A stretch of DNA of 58,965 nt, filler included, from Globobulimina sp. (Eukaryota), in the NCBI GenBank assembly GCA_003354225.1. It is 10 parts of 10 records of this genome, joined end to end, with 100 filler letters (N's around TTAATTAATTAA, not from the genome) between each part and the next. Parts side by side here need not be neighbours in the genome. Positions count along the whole stretch, not along the records: positions 29,573 to 35,379 come from PIVH01000437.1; positions 35,480 to 41,279 come from PIVH01000438.1; positions 41,380 to 47,175 come from PIVH01000439.1; 7 more parts are not named here. One strand, written 5' to 3'. Numbering within the stretch: position 1 is the stretch's first letter; each line of letters opens with the position of its first letter. A model generated the notes under the pieces. That model was not told the DNA's origin and did not search any database. It saw only the letters and a list, made by a program, of their open reading frames with translations. Of the stretch, positions 33,147-45,623 are shown in pieces. The translations under genes were made by a program, and so were the position numbers.

Positions 33147-34241
33147 TCACAACTTGGACTGTATATTATTATTTTTAAAATCTGTGGTATTTAACCAATG
33201 CGCTAAGACTTTATTCAATTCATCTTTCTTCTCTTTCATTGTCCAATGGCCACATTCCAATAACACATTACTAATATTTGTAAAGTTTTTATTCATTTTT
33301 GTTGCTTCACTGGGTGTCAACACAAGATCATTCTTGGCAGAAACCATTAAACATGGAACCTTTATCACATATTCATCAGTAATATCACACTCCAAGTCCC
33401 AATTGACATTATTATCAAAATTCCTATACCAATGTAAGGCTTTTGTAAATCCATTCCTTTGAAATGCATCCACATACATTTGTATATCACCTTCACTCCA
33501 AAGCGGATCACGATTAATATTATCATCCACATAATATAACACACCGCGATTCTTATTTTTTCTGCATCGCACTGTCCTCATTCCTTTCCGTGTGTTTTCT
33601 CTATTTTCCTTCGGATTTGATGATGATTGCGATCTGAAAAACGCTAACATTGTTTTTCGCACATTTTGAGATAATTCTTTATCGGCCAAACCTTCGTATT
33701 GATAGTAACAAACATAATCAATTTGGCCTGTTTCTTCTGATGGAATGTGTTTGCACATATAATCAATTAATCCGTTGCAATTTTTGGAACTCCAAAATTC
33801 TTTCATTTTATGATTGTATAATTTCAATGGAGTATTTATGGATATTATACCAAGGCATTTATGTTTATAATGTAATACTTGCGACCAAGCGACCCATCCA
33901 CCAAAATCATGTCCGATAAATATGGCTTTTTCGATTTTGTAGATGTTTAATAAATCATTTAAATCTTGCGTTATATGTTGAAATGAATATTCTGACACAT
34001 CATTTGGACTGCTTTCTGCTGTGTATCCGTAACCGCGTTGATCTGGTGCTATGCAATGGAAATTATAGTTGGATGTCAGATATCTCATTTGTTCTAACCA
34101 TGAATACGAAATTTCTGGAAAACCATGACAAAATATAAGTGTTTCTGCTTTCCGCAGATGTTTATTTGTTGGGATAGTTTCCCGAACAAACATTTTAATG
34201 TTTGAACTAGGTAAAGTATGATAAACCATTCGTTCTTCCAT
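33147..34241 (-). CDS. Alpha/beta-hydrolase, soluble epoxide hydrolase-like
   Basis: HGFPE oxyanion motif, APDQRGYG, nucleophile GHDFGG, LHWYRN and catalytic CGHW. Confidence 0.92.
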   Translation of the reverse strand: MEERMVYHTLPSSNIKMFVRETIPTNKHLRKAETLIFCHGFPEISYSWLEQMRYLTSNYNFHCIAPDQRGYGYTAESSPNDVSEYSFQHITQDLNDLLNIYKIEKAIFIGHDFGGWVAWSQVLHYKHKCLGIISINTPLKLYNHKMKEFWSSKNCNGLIDYMCKHIPSEETGQIDYVCYYQYEGLADKELSQNVRKTMLAFFRSQSSSNPKENRENTRKGMRTVRCRKNKNRGVLYYVDDNINRDPLWSEGDIQMYVDAFQRNGFTKALHWYRNFDNNVNWDLECDITDEYVIKVPCLMVSAKNDLVLTPSEATKMNKNFTNISNVLLECGHWTMKEKKDELNKVLAHWLNTTDFKNNNIQSKL

Positions 34242-34381
34242 ACTGAATCAATGCAATTTGTTTTGATTCAAAAACCGTGAGCTTCCCGAAAATTTAAACA
34301 TTATTTAATAGATTTTTAGTCTTATTGTATTTCAAGGTGGGTATTTTTATTATTTATTTCTATAAGCACCGATTGAGGTGT

Positions 34382-35259
34382 TTACACATTGCAATTGCAG
34401 CTTCTCACATGTTTTTTCCAAGACGATGCTCGAGCAATTCGTTTCTTACATTTGCCGCATTGATATGGTTTATTCCCAGTATGTATTTTAATATGTTGTG
34501 TTAAATTATGTTTCCGTTTGGATGCATAATTACATTCTGTACATTTAAATGGTCTGTCATTCGAATGTGTTATCGCATGCATTTTTAAATGATATTTCGA
34601 GTGTGCCCAATAATTACATTCTGATTCAGTACATGTAAATATTATTGCTTGTGATTTTTTTCTTTTATTTTTCACTGGTTTTGAGCTTGTTTTTCCTTGC
34701 TCCATCAGTCTTTTTTTGATTTCAATCTGTTCATTTTTATTATTTGATTTATTTTCTTCATTATCATCATCATCGTCATTTAATTCATTATCCTCTTGTT
34801 CCAGTTCCATAATGCCACCATTACTATTATTGCTATTATCATTGGTCTCGTTTCCGTTCAATATATCTATTTCTTCACTTGGTATAGGCACTGAATCTTA
34901 AAAAAAAGTGTATTGTCTATAAATAGCAATACAAAAAACAATTAACTCTGTGTTTCATCATCTGAATGATCTGATAATTGTGGTTCTATCTTGGGTTCAA
35001 TGGCAATGGGTTGCACAAATGGTGAATATACATTGGTTGGATATAATTGTATCTCATCAATGGCATTTATTATCATCCTCACGTATGAGACGCTAATTGT
35101 ATGCTTTGTAAGTTCAGCAAGAACGCCCGGCATATCCCTATATGCTAATACATCTTCATGCGTTCTGATGTTCAGTTTAAATAATATATGAAAACAAGGA
35201 CTGTATTGTAATCTGTCCAATGCTTGAATTAAGATACTGGATGGAGTGGATGCTGACAT
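34382..35259 (-). CDS. C2H2 zinc-finger protein (three fingers)
   Basis: C-x4-C...H-x3-H, CxxC...H-x3-H with HTGNKPY linker, third finger CxxC...H-x3-C. A 50-nt intron (34897-34946) joins the two ORFs in frame. Confidence 0.85.
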
Positions 35260-35379
35260 TGTAAAAATTACAATATGTGATTATAACACGTGATTGATTT
35301 GGGTATTTTGGTAATATGAAAGTCGTTTTAGACTTTCTCTATTTTGTGATATAATCGAAGAAAGTATTTATAACAATTT

Positions 35380-35479
35380 NNNNNNNNNNNNNNNNNNNNN
35401 NNNNNNNNNNNNNNNNNNNNNNNTTAATTAATTAANNNNNNNNNNNNNNNNNNNNNNNNNNNNNNNNNNNNNNNNNNNN
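35380..35479. other. Artificial contig linker
   Basis: N44-TTAATTAATTAA-N44. Confidence 0.99.
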
Positions 35480-35484
35480 ATTGC

Positions 35485-37329
35485 CTAAAAACGCACACAA
35501 AAACGTATACAAACATATAAAAATAAAATATAACAAATACCGATATGAAGATCGTCAATATCTGATTTAAAACCGTCCAAACAATGACAATCATGATACG
35601 GTGCTGCTAATTGATGCTGTTTAAGTATACTATTTTTATCCAAATGTATTGCCGTCACTTCCAAACCGGTGTTTGTATCGAAAATATATGCGATACCTAT
35701 GTCTATGTTATCTCGCAACGCGACGATCTGAACATATTCAACGCGATACCCGTTATTATTGAACATCACAATCGGTACTATTAACACTTTATTATGCACC
35801 TCTTGCTCGATAATGTTAATAAATTCATTTTTTTGGATGGAATATGTAAGTCGTCGTTTATGGAAATTCTTGTTCTGATCCATGGTATTAAATACCTGCA
35901 TTTTATGCCATTTCGCCTTGAAAATTACTCTCTGACACAAACCCGCCGCATCCTCAAACTGCGCATATATGGCAGCAATGTCCGCTGCACACACTTGGGA
36001 CACATCGGGCAAATCTCGCTCAGCCAAACGATATCCATCATACATGAATACTTCCTGCATTGCTTCGGATTTTGTATACAGTGTATCCCGCATATTATAT
36101 TTATAATTGCTGTGATTTGCTGCGTTGATTCTGTCCGCAATGCAATATAAAACTTGTCCTGATTGGTTATGAAAACCGTAATTATAAATTCTAAAATCAG
36201 CAAACTCGTAAACATGTCCGCCATACGCATTCAGCGCAGTTTTTTTGTCCATAAAATCGTACACATTTTGTATAGTTTCCCGCACCATATTTGGTACAAC
36301 AGTCAGTGTTAAAATCTTTGATATTTTAATCATTCCTCGTGCTGCATACACTGCATTTGGATGATATAGATACTGCTTCGTTACCTTCATGCGGCAGTTG
36401 GTACAAATAGGAGCTGGTTTGCACGGCAATGGAGCTGATACAGATTTGCTCCATACTGGATCTAATATGTCATGTTCAACAATGGTTTTTAATGTCGCTG
36501 TCGCTGTCGCAGACTTACTCTGTTCTAATTCTCTCTGTTCTGATGGTACAAATGTATGTGCCTCAACACGTAAATTGGACATATTACATGTTTTGCTTTC
36601 ATTCTCTTCCTTTTCTTCCTTTTTTTCTTCCTTTATATAATCACTGAAAGTTGTATCCATATATTTGTTGTTTTCCCTCTTTTTTTCGTCATCACCATCA
36701 TCGTTGCGGCCATGCCAACGGTTCCAACCGTTATTAATATGGTTGCCACCGCCGCTGTTGCTGCTGCCTCCATTGTTATTATTTGAGCTGCTGTTGTTGT
36801 CTGAAGTAGTTTTGGTATTGGTATTGTTCTGTGTTTGTTGTGTATTGGTCGAATATTGCGTGGTCGTGTTAGCTGCGATGTTTTCAACGCATGAATCATC
36901 GCAAATAAATGGTTTATTTGTATCGGGAAAAGATGGATTACTGGGTACGGAGCATGGAGTGGTTGCGGTGAAATCAGTGCCGAAAGATGTGTAACTCTGT
37001 AAGTGTGCGTGTGGTGAATACTCAGTAATTGGTGTTTTGGAGCTGGTGACTTCCTTTATTTCATCGGGTGCATGGATAGAGTTTGATTTTGCGCGCGTAT
37101 GGGCATTATATTGAGGTAAATGTGTTTGGGATTGTTGTTTTTTATTTATATATTTAGGGATATGCGGTGGTGGTAATTCTGAGCTCAATTGGTGCGTGCT
37201 ATTGTTCGAATTACCTTTGAGAACATAAATATATATATATATATATATGGCCGGTTTATTATAATTATCAGGTGACACTGAACTTTGTTTTAAATCAGTA
37301 TAGCTTTTTGATGTAGAGTCATCCGCCAT
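35485..37329 (-). CDS. Hypothetical protein: disordered N-half, globular C-half (possibly DUF3825-like)
   Basis: Long ORF; probable ATG at 37329. Small introns likely near 37217-37280 ((TA)n ending CAAAG) and at ~35540. Confidence 0.65.
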   Translation of the reverse strand: MADDSTSKSYTDLKQSSVSPDNYNKPAIYIYIYIYVLKGNSNNSTHQLSSELPPPHIPKYINKKQQSQTHLPQYNAHTRAKSNSIHAPDEIKEVTSSKTPITEYSPHAHLQSYTSFGTDFTATTPCSVPSNPSFPDTNKPFICDDSCVENIAANTTTQYSTNTQQTQNNTNTKTTSDNNSSSNNNNGGSSNSGGGNHINNGWNRWHGRNDDGDDEKKRENNKYMDTTFSDYIKEEKKEEKEENESKTCNMSNLRVEAHTFVPSEQRELEQSKSATATATLKTIVEHDILDPVWSKSVSAPLPCKPAPICTNCRMKVTKQYLYHPNAVYAARGMIKISKILTLTVVPNMVRETIQNVYDFMDKKTALNAYGGHVYEFADFRIYNYGFHNQSGQVLYCIADRINAANHSNYKYNMRDTLYTKSEAMQEVFMYDGYRLAERDLPDVSQVCAADIAAIYAQFEDAAGLCQRVIFKAKWHKMQVFNTMDQNKNFHKRRLTYSIQKNEFINIIEQEVHNKVLIVPIVMFNNNGYRVEYVQIVALRDNIDIGIAYIFDTNTGLEVTAIHLDKNSILKQHQLAAPYHDCHCLDGFKSDIDDLHIGICYILFLYVCIRFCVRF

Positions 37330-37493
37330 GATGTCAGTAAAATGTGTGAGGTTCAGAGGTTGTTGAAAATGAGATGAGAGCACACTGAAATAATCACGTG
37401 TTTCAGCGAAAACGTTGAAAACACGAACTATAACATACTATACACACAACAAAAAAACAAAAAAACAAAAAAACAAAAAAACAAAAAAACAAC

Positions 37494-37851
37494 AACAGCA
37501 AAATAATTTATATGATTATCAAATGTAAACAACACATTACCGCCGTACGTCAGATATGCAGCAGGATGTTATAGTATTAAACGATGTAAAATCGATAATC
37601 AATACAAAAAAGATACAATATTATAAATATAAACATATTTTACTCAAACAAACCACATACAAAATACAGATGTATAAAACATTAAAAAAAAAATTGTTTG
37701 CTATAAATATTGATTTGACGAATTATTATTTGCTACTGGTCTCAACCTTGACGGTTGAAAAACAGCAAAATAATTTATATGATTATCGTGTAAAACATCA
37801 CATCATTGCCGTTAGATATGCAGCAGGATGATATGATGTAAAATCTAATCA
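37494..37851. repeat. Degenerate intergenic direct repeat (~90-105 bp x2) preceded by (AAAAAAAC)n
   Basis: AACAGCAAAATAATTT(T)ATATGATTATC...AGATATGCAGCAGGATG...GATGTAAAATC at 37494-~37601 and 37761-~37851. Confidence 0.7.
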
Positions 37852-40800
37852 CTTATCATATATCGAATAAATGTTTAATAAATATTTCACTGTAGCTCCA
37901 TTATTCAACTTCCTTTTTTTTAGCCGCATCCTGTTATTGTCTAATTTTAACCGCACCCTCTCTTTACCTCTCCACTCTTTTTCTGCTTGTTTTTGTTTAC
38001 GTATAGTCTCTGCTGCTTCTTTCTCTTTACGTAGCCGCTCTTCTTCTTCTTTCTCTTTACGTATCCTCGCTGCTTCTTTCTTGCGTTTGCTCCGTACTCT
38101 TTTTATTTTCTTGCGGTGTATTTCCTTTTGAATAAATTTTGACCATTTATTTATGACATTTTTAATAATCGAAAATGATGCTGATACCAATCCATACTGC
38201 AGACACACATTGTTTATGCATAATGAGCCGTAATCCAGCAATGTACTGCCACCTTTCAGGAATGTAGCTCCATTATATCCCATCTCCTTGCAATATCTCC
38301 GAAAATGTTCAATGAATTGCCATGTATTTGAATCTTGTTTGACAGAATTTTCCGCATTATTTATTAAGTAATGTGACAGTGAGATCACGAGGTGATTACC
38401 AGACCATTGCTTAACAGCTTTTGATTTCAATCCGAACTGTTTTTGCTGATATTGAGATAACATAATCATCATTTGATTCTGTATACGTTTTTATGTTATA
38501 TATATATCAATTAAATTTGAAAAATGAACATGCATGAAATGGCACACGAACCTGTACTCTTAATCGTGATATTAATTCAATGCGTGAAAAATCATAAACT
38601 CCCTCAATCAAAGAAGTTGTAGTCGCGTTACGTTTATGTAATGTATCAATCCTATCATCTTGCAAATATTCACATTGCTGTTGATTGCTCAGTAACTCCC
38701 ATCCTTCCACAGATAGTGGACATTGCAAACCAAAAATAGCAAACAATATGGTGAATGGTGTCGTTTTATCAGTCGGTAGTTCTAAAAAACAATCATAAAA
38801 TATATAACAAATCTTAACAATATCGGCTGATATGACACCCCATAAATTGCATTGTTTTTCTAATTGATGAATGAATCCAGAAACAATGCGTTTGCTCGAT
38901 TCTTTAATTCGAATGGAAGCATTTAATTCGATAGCTTGCATCGTATAAGCATTTAATATTTCAGCTGACGGTAATATGGTGACAGAATTTCGTATTTCAT
39001 CAATATTGATTTGAATCATTTGACTGGATATGCTTTTTGTGAATGATGCTTTGATCGCATTCAATGATAATGATTTTATTTCTGTCCATTTGAATTTAAT
39101 CGCAACATTTTTATTTCTTAAATTTGATACATTTTCCAGTATTGCTTGACAGCATTCTTCATCCATAACATTGTCATTTGGCATCATTAATGTCATATTA
39201 TTACAATGTCTGAATAAATTACACATGTTTGCAATATGTGGAATGTTCTGCTTCTTTACAAAAATATGTTGAACCCATACATAGTCATGACTTAATTCCC
39301 TAAAATCATATCTAATGACTCTTGGTACATTTTGTAAATGGTAATCTAACAATGACTGAATATACGGTGGCAACGCTTTATTATCGCCATACAAATCCGG
39401 TAAAATATGTCCAAGCACATCTTTAATATCATTGGTACGCTTCCATTCAGCTGTTCCATTTGCAATATTTAAAATATGTTGAATGCCCTCAATATAACGC
39501 CTATAACCGGTCCATTTGCCATTATACCATTGGAAAACACAACGAATTTGCAATATGGCATCAGTACCAAAAAATAATACTTCTTTTTCATGATCAAATT
39601 CAGATATCGCTGAGCAATCTAATCCTGGCAAAAATTCGTTGTACCGTCTCAATTCCAGCACCAATCCTAAACTTCCTTGAGCAAATTCGGTTGCTTTCCG
39701 AAACTATAAATGTTTAATATTTAATTGTGTTTTGTTGTATATATTATCAAAAACACATACATCTGTGGTCGTACTTAAAGGCACATTAAATCTCGTAATA
39801 AATTTTTTGAACATGAATTCCATTCCAATGCCTCGATAATATTTGGTTTTATCCGTACAAAATGCACCATAACTTTGTACAGATTCAGTTAATAACCTCG
39901 CCCAATTGGCAACTTTTTCATTTCTACGTTTCACAGACTCAACGCGTTCATACTGACTTTCAGATATTTTTTTCAATCTAAACGCCTCACAAAATATTTT
40001 ACAAATCAACGCATAATCGGTGTACAATTTGATAGAATGTAGATGCTGATTTGTGATGGGATCATCTTTCTGTATGTCATAGATATCCGCATAATTGCCG
40101 TTTGATGAAATTCTCTTTATTTTGTTGGTTTTTATTAATATATCACATTCATTGACTAATCCTCGCCATTGCTGCAACGGGAAATGTTTAAAATTTAATA
40201 TTTCTTGCTTCAAATTATCAAACCTCTTTTTGACAAATAATTTGTTTGATTTTTGCTTATTCCAATACCAAAATGCAACGCCGTGGTTATATACAATCCT
40301 CTCAATATCTGCTGGGTCTTTGTCTGCATTCACCTTCGTTTTCGCCATTATACTGTTGTCTGCGTAATATTTATTTATGGCGATCACCAAATTCCATTGT
40401 GATTCTGTCAAATATTGAGCAGCAATGTCCTTATTTGTTGTGTTTACGATGGAGCAAAATTGATGAATAATATGGGTGTCTGTTCCCATGTCAATGTAAT
40501 CAGTTTCATCGCCACTCATTTTGGTCTCTGACAGTTTGAGTGAATGCGGAGTGGTACCTGAATTGACTTGAAATTCTGCAAATTTCCATTTATTTATATG
40601 AACATAAATTTTCTGCCAATGCTTTCTGTCCCAACTCTCCAATGATTTAAATACTTTGCCAAACTTTGTACTGCTTAGAAATTCATGACATCCTTTCACC
40701 ATTACATTGCCGCTTAAGTGTGCTTTTTGTGCAATTTCTGCAATTTTATTACGATTTATGTCTGGATAAAGTTGGGACGCTGTCACTTGTAGTATTTTAA

Positions 40801-41279
40801 TGAAATTTCGATGGTTTAAATCATTTTTTTGGATATATTTGGACAGTATGATATTGTAAATTGCCTGTCTTTGTTTTAAACTTTTGTATTTCAGCTCGTT
40901 TCTAAGTATTTGCGATAACAAAATATCTGTTCTCTCCCCATTGGCGAATATATCGCATAAATCATCAACGAGTTGTTGTTTCTGATAACCATAAGACTCA
41001 AAAGCATTGGCCAAACCATCACAATTTGCGAAATTATTATTCTTTAAAATTGTTACTATTTTGGCATAATTTATACATTTACAATCTGCAGTTATAAATT
41101 TGCCATTATCTGATATGTTGACTGTCGATATCGATGCTACATTTTGCTTTTTATCGGCCATTACTTTGGATATTAGTTGCAATTTTTTGTCATAATACAC
41201 ATCTTCATTACTCTCTGTATATTGCAATTGATTCAATTGTTTCTCGATAGATTTAGTTTCATCTTTCGTTAATGTATAG
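37849..41279 (-). CDS. Large multi-exon protein with UBA-like domain and R-S-ExE ADP-ribosyltransferase-like domain; 5' off-contig
   Basis: Introns 39704-39760 and 38479-38551 join three ORFs in frame. UBA-like IHQFCSIV...AAQYLTESQWNLVIAINKYY. ART motifs IKLYTD...YYRG...PLSTTTD|FRKATEFA...GLVLEL...ISEFDHEKEVLF. Confidence 0.75.
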
Positions 41280-41379
41280 NNNNNNNNNNNNNNNNNNNNN
41301 NNNNNNNNNNNNNNNNNNNNNNNTTAATTAATTAANNNNNNNNNNNNNNNNNNNNNNNNNNNNNNNNNNNNNNNNNNNN
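41280..41379. other. Artificial contig linker
   Basis: N44-TTAATTAATTAA-N44. Confidence 0.99.
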
Positions 41380-41677
41380 TAAATGTAAATGCTTAAAATA
41401 AATAACAACAACAGATGAGAAGACCCATACACCATACTGACGACCATTCCAGTTGAAAGAGCCATTGCGTTACGTTGATTACGAAGGGTTTTTCTCAAAC
41501 AAAATACTAAGAAATCTTCTTCTTCTTCAAAACACTAAGAAATCAACATGGTCAATAATATATACATTAATGCATTGAATTTTTATTGACGTTGTTGATT
41601 TTTGTTTTGTTTGAAATCAAATGGTTTCATGACGGTTTAAATTAAATAACAAACAAAGTATAAAAAGTGTACGTTAT

Positions 41678-42443
41678 TTATTGAGTTTGTACAATGCCTT
41701 TTTGATGAATTAATAATGGATTTCGCATTCCATATATTTTATACTGTTCCGGTATGTCATCTTCTTGATACAACTCCTTTGAGAAATAAATCTTTCTTAC
41801 TCGACAATTTGCAAATATCTTGATTGAGTTTGTATATTTATATTTTACATTAAATACTCGTTTACATAATGACTCCAAATCAATCACAATAATATTCCAA
41901 CAGCCATTGTCTACTTTCAATGGCAACGAGCATTTATTCTCAATTAATCGAGCCAATGATTGCTTATTTGTGCAAACAAACACTTTTTCCTTTTTTTCTT
42001 CGTCGGAAATATTAATTTCAAATCCCATATATTTATTCATATTTTTTATTTGTAATATTAAAAACGGATAAGGCGTGCCAATATATTTGGATCTATTATC
42101 TGGAAACACAATCGATGCCTTCTCAAATTCGTCACTTTCTAAGGTTACCACTGGCGATGCAACCTCGGCGTCATTAATTATCCGAATCGATGATGCTGTT
42201 CTTGCATTTTCTATTGTTTACATAGTAAAATATAAATGTAACTGATAAGTGAATTCGAATAATGCAATATCATACTCTCGCATTTCCATCCTTGCAATAA
42301 AGATTTCTCGTTACATCTGTTTCAAGTTCAAACGTATAATTTAAAAATTTTGAAAGCTTAATAGTACTCAACAGAAACGGTAATATTGCAAATAGTTCCA
42401 TGGCCATTTCATCTGTGCTTTGATCAGAATCAACAAAGTCCAT
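41678..42443 (-). CDS. CFAP20: CFAP20/BUG22 (DUF667) family protein, divergent
   Basis: PFLILQIKNMNKYMGFEI...LPLKVDNGCWNII...IFANCRVRKIYFS..LY.ED.IP..YKIY matches CFAP20. Two short upstream exons can be spliced from ATG 42443. Confidence 0.8.
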
Positions 42444-42511
42444 TCTGTACCGGGCTTTCTAGAGTATTGACTAGCTCACTTCCAAAAACTTTCATTATAA
42501 ATGTAAACAAG

Positions 42512-44624
42512 TTAATCATTTTGAAGCATGAACAATTTTATTTGATTTACAGCCTTAATTATTTTAATGCGATGCCCTTTTTTATCAATATCCATTTCCA
42601 CTAAATCTTGTTCTTTAACTTCAATGATAGTCTCAAAGTCTTCAAATCCATCGTCAATAAATTTATTATAATGTTGCGGCAATTTGATTATTTTATCAAA
42701 CCATAATTTAACTTCATTTGATTCAATTAAGTGTTTCAGCTCATTATTCTCATCACCTTCCTCTTCCTCATTATTACCACCTTCCTTTTGTTCCTGTTTC
42801 AAAGCCATTAATTCCGATTTGGTCTCTTTTAATTCAGTTCGTAAATCTTTTATTATTCTCATTATATTCCATTTAGTTTCATCCATCATATTCTTATCCA
42901 AATTATTATTATCGTCCATTTTTTGTTTATATTGTTTTTTCAAATATTGATACTTCTCCACATCCTCAATTTGTACATTATTCGCACCAAATAATTTGAT
43001 AATTTGTACTTTAAATTCGAATGACGACTGTTGCTGTTTCGCAAACTCATTATATTTTAATATGTGTCCAAGATCCCACCGAACAGTGCACGTCCTATTA
43101 TTCCTTTGATTGAATGATCCGACATCGTTCCATAATATATTCAATGACTGGCATTCAAACATTATACGCACCAAAATACCATAAATATCGTTGTGTAAAT
43201 AATATGGTAACAATTTCAACGATAAAATGAACGAATTATTATTATTTACGCCTTTTGGTAAAATACGAATGATCCAAATGTCAAATTGTGGCGAATCAAA
43301 GGATTGATTGACACTGCATTCTTTGATCGATTCTATTAACATTTTATTCAATTTCCAAATTAAAATACACGATTCATTGCAAAATTGTTTATTAAAAATA
43401 TTATTTTGGTGGGTTTTATTATTTTTATATTGCGTAATATGTTGGAATTGCGAGTTGATTGGTTGCGAATAATACTGAATCGCAAATATATTTAATTGCA
43501 AAATAAACGTTATCCGCGGCCGTCTGCCAAATAGCTCCCGATTGGTTGTAATATTATATAATTGCGACAATTTCAATGCCTTTGGCAGCCAAACCATAGT
43601 TCCCAAGCGCGAATTGCTTAAATCTTTAATGGCTGTGGCTCGAGTTCCGGTTTGCAAACAAGCAAAACTCCAATGTACGCGTACATTACTTATCTTATCC
43701 GGCAATCGCTGGATATCCAAATAAATAATCACGAATCCTTGCGAGGTTTGTTTATGTCCATTGGGGAATACACACAATCTGAATCTGAAATTTTCGATAC
43801 AAAACCAATGCGTTTCCCGTGCTTTGCCAACCTCCGCATGTACAAATCGGCCATACTCTTTTCCTCGAATGGTCCATGAAATACAATGGTCAAAAGTGGG
43901 TATAATATGCGCTGGAAAACACTCATACGAACTCATATTATTTGTGTCATCATGTTTTATCTCATCAATGGCATCTTTTTTATGTTCATGATATTCATCA
44001 TAGACATTGGTGTCGACGCCTTTTGGTGTGGAGGTTGCAATGAATGCATGGTTAATATTATTAATATTGTTGTTATTATTTGGAGCGATTGGCGGTTCGC
44101 TGCGCGTCGATTGTTTAAATATGATACGATTTATTTTAATTTGTATTTCAAATGTGATTGATTCGCAATTTTTGAGTTGGCAGGATTTGAGTGGAGATGA
44201 TGACGATTGTGGTTGTAAAATATGTAATAAATGTTTACAATTAATGCTTACGTTGTTTTCCGACCATTTCGTGGCGTTAAGTTCTTTAATTTTTATGTCA
44301 TAATTTATAAATATGCTTGAAATATCATCTGGGATTGACCGGGTATGAATTGATATATATACAAATTGTGCTGTACGACTATCATTTCCTTTGCGTAAAA
44401 AAAGCGATGGTATATGTTTTGTACAAGAATGCCAGGTAATTAATACCTGTTGGATATAATGACAAATTCCAAATGCAATCGCCGCTTGACGTGATACAGT
44501 TGTCAGAGACAATCGGTGTGCTTATTTTCGTTGAACATGGGATGTAATCACCGACTATCCCATCGTATACCGCTTGTAATTCAGTGTCGGTTAGTTTCCA
44601 TTCACAGGTACATACTTCACTCAT
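42512..44624 (-). CDS. MATH-domain repeat protein with coiled coil and C-terminal SAM domain
   Basis: MATH-like W.L..YP.G repeats (WNLSLYPTG, FRLCVFPNG, WIIRILPKG). SAM: VKLWF...LPQHYNKFIDDGF...DLVEMDIDKKGHRIKII. 58-nt intron at 44389-44446. Confidence 0.8.
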
Positions 44625-44822
44625 TTTCTTTTTGAGCGTCAGAAACTTTTTGTATTGTGTTTTCAGTTTGTTACTACCTAGAAATCCGAAAATTTCTTTT
44701 TTGAAAGACGTTGGAAATTGGAATATGGTTTCTTAAGATGAAAAATAATTATCATCATCAAAGTGTTCAAACATCCCTTAAAAAGTAGTGCTCAATGTCA
44801 GTGCCAATGGAGGCAGTGTTCA

Positions 44823-45218
44823 TCAAACTTCATCATTAGTCACATTAGATGTAGGCAACGCGGCATACAAATTTAAAGCAGCGAGAAAGCCAACCATTCC
44901 AGCCATAAATTTAAAATTATCTCCATAAACTTCTTTATATTTAAAAGCAACACCAAATGTAACAACTTCAATGATACCGAATGCCAAATATTTATTTCTC
45001 CAGATTTGAGGAGATGTATCTTTGGTTAATAAATAATCCAAACAAATATATAATCCACCAAACCCGACAGAAGTGTTTAACAATAAATTTAATTGAGATA
45101 CTTCATCTTTTTTTATCTCTCTTAGTGACCTTTCAGGCATTACCAAATGGCCGACAACTCCCCAGGAACAGAAAGCAAAATTTATATACTTCACATATTT
45201 CAAAGTTTTGTCCTCCAT
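44823..45218 (-). CDS. Small four-TM membrane protein, unknown function
   Basis: ATG 45218; four hydrophobic segments in 131 aa. Confidence 0.6.
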   Translation of the reverse strand: MEDKTLKYVKYINFAFCSWGVVGHLVMPERSLREIKKDEVSQLNLLLNTSVGFGGLYICLDYLLTKDTSPQIWRNKYLAFGIIEVVTFGVAFKYKEVYGDNFKFMAGMVGFLAALNLYAALPTSNVTNDEV

Positions 45219-45623
45219 GGTGTATTTAATATAGATTTTTGAGAGATTTATGTTCAGAGAATTCAGACTACAGTGCAAGGATAGCCGAAACCAAATCCTT
45301 ACAACCCAATCTACAGAGAATTTTATTAATATCTGTATACTATGATTGGTATTTGTTTACTTTTCTTTCAATCAATGTACATGTTCAACAAAAACACGCT
45401 AAAAGAAGGAAAATATGATAGCCTCTGTTTGATCATATGGAACTATTTAAAGCCTAGTGTGAATTCACATTTGCAGGTTTTTATGAATACTATTTTGACT
45501 GTGTACAAACAAATACTAAAATAATCATTATATTGTTTTTAATTTTATTCATAATCAGTAGACTATTATTATCACAGTATTCTATTTTTGTTCTACAATC
45601 ATTAATTCTAAGAAACCAAAATC

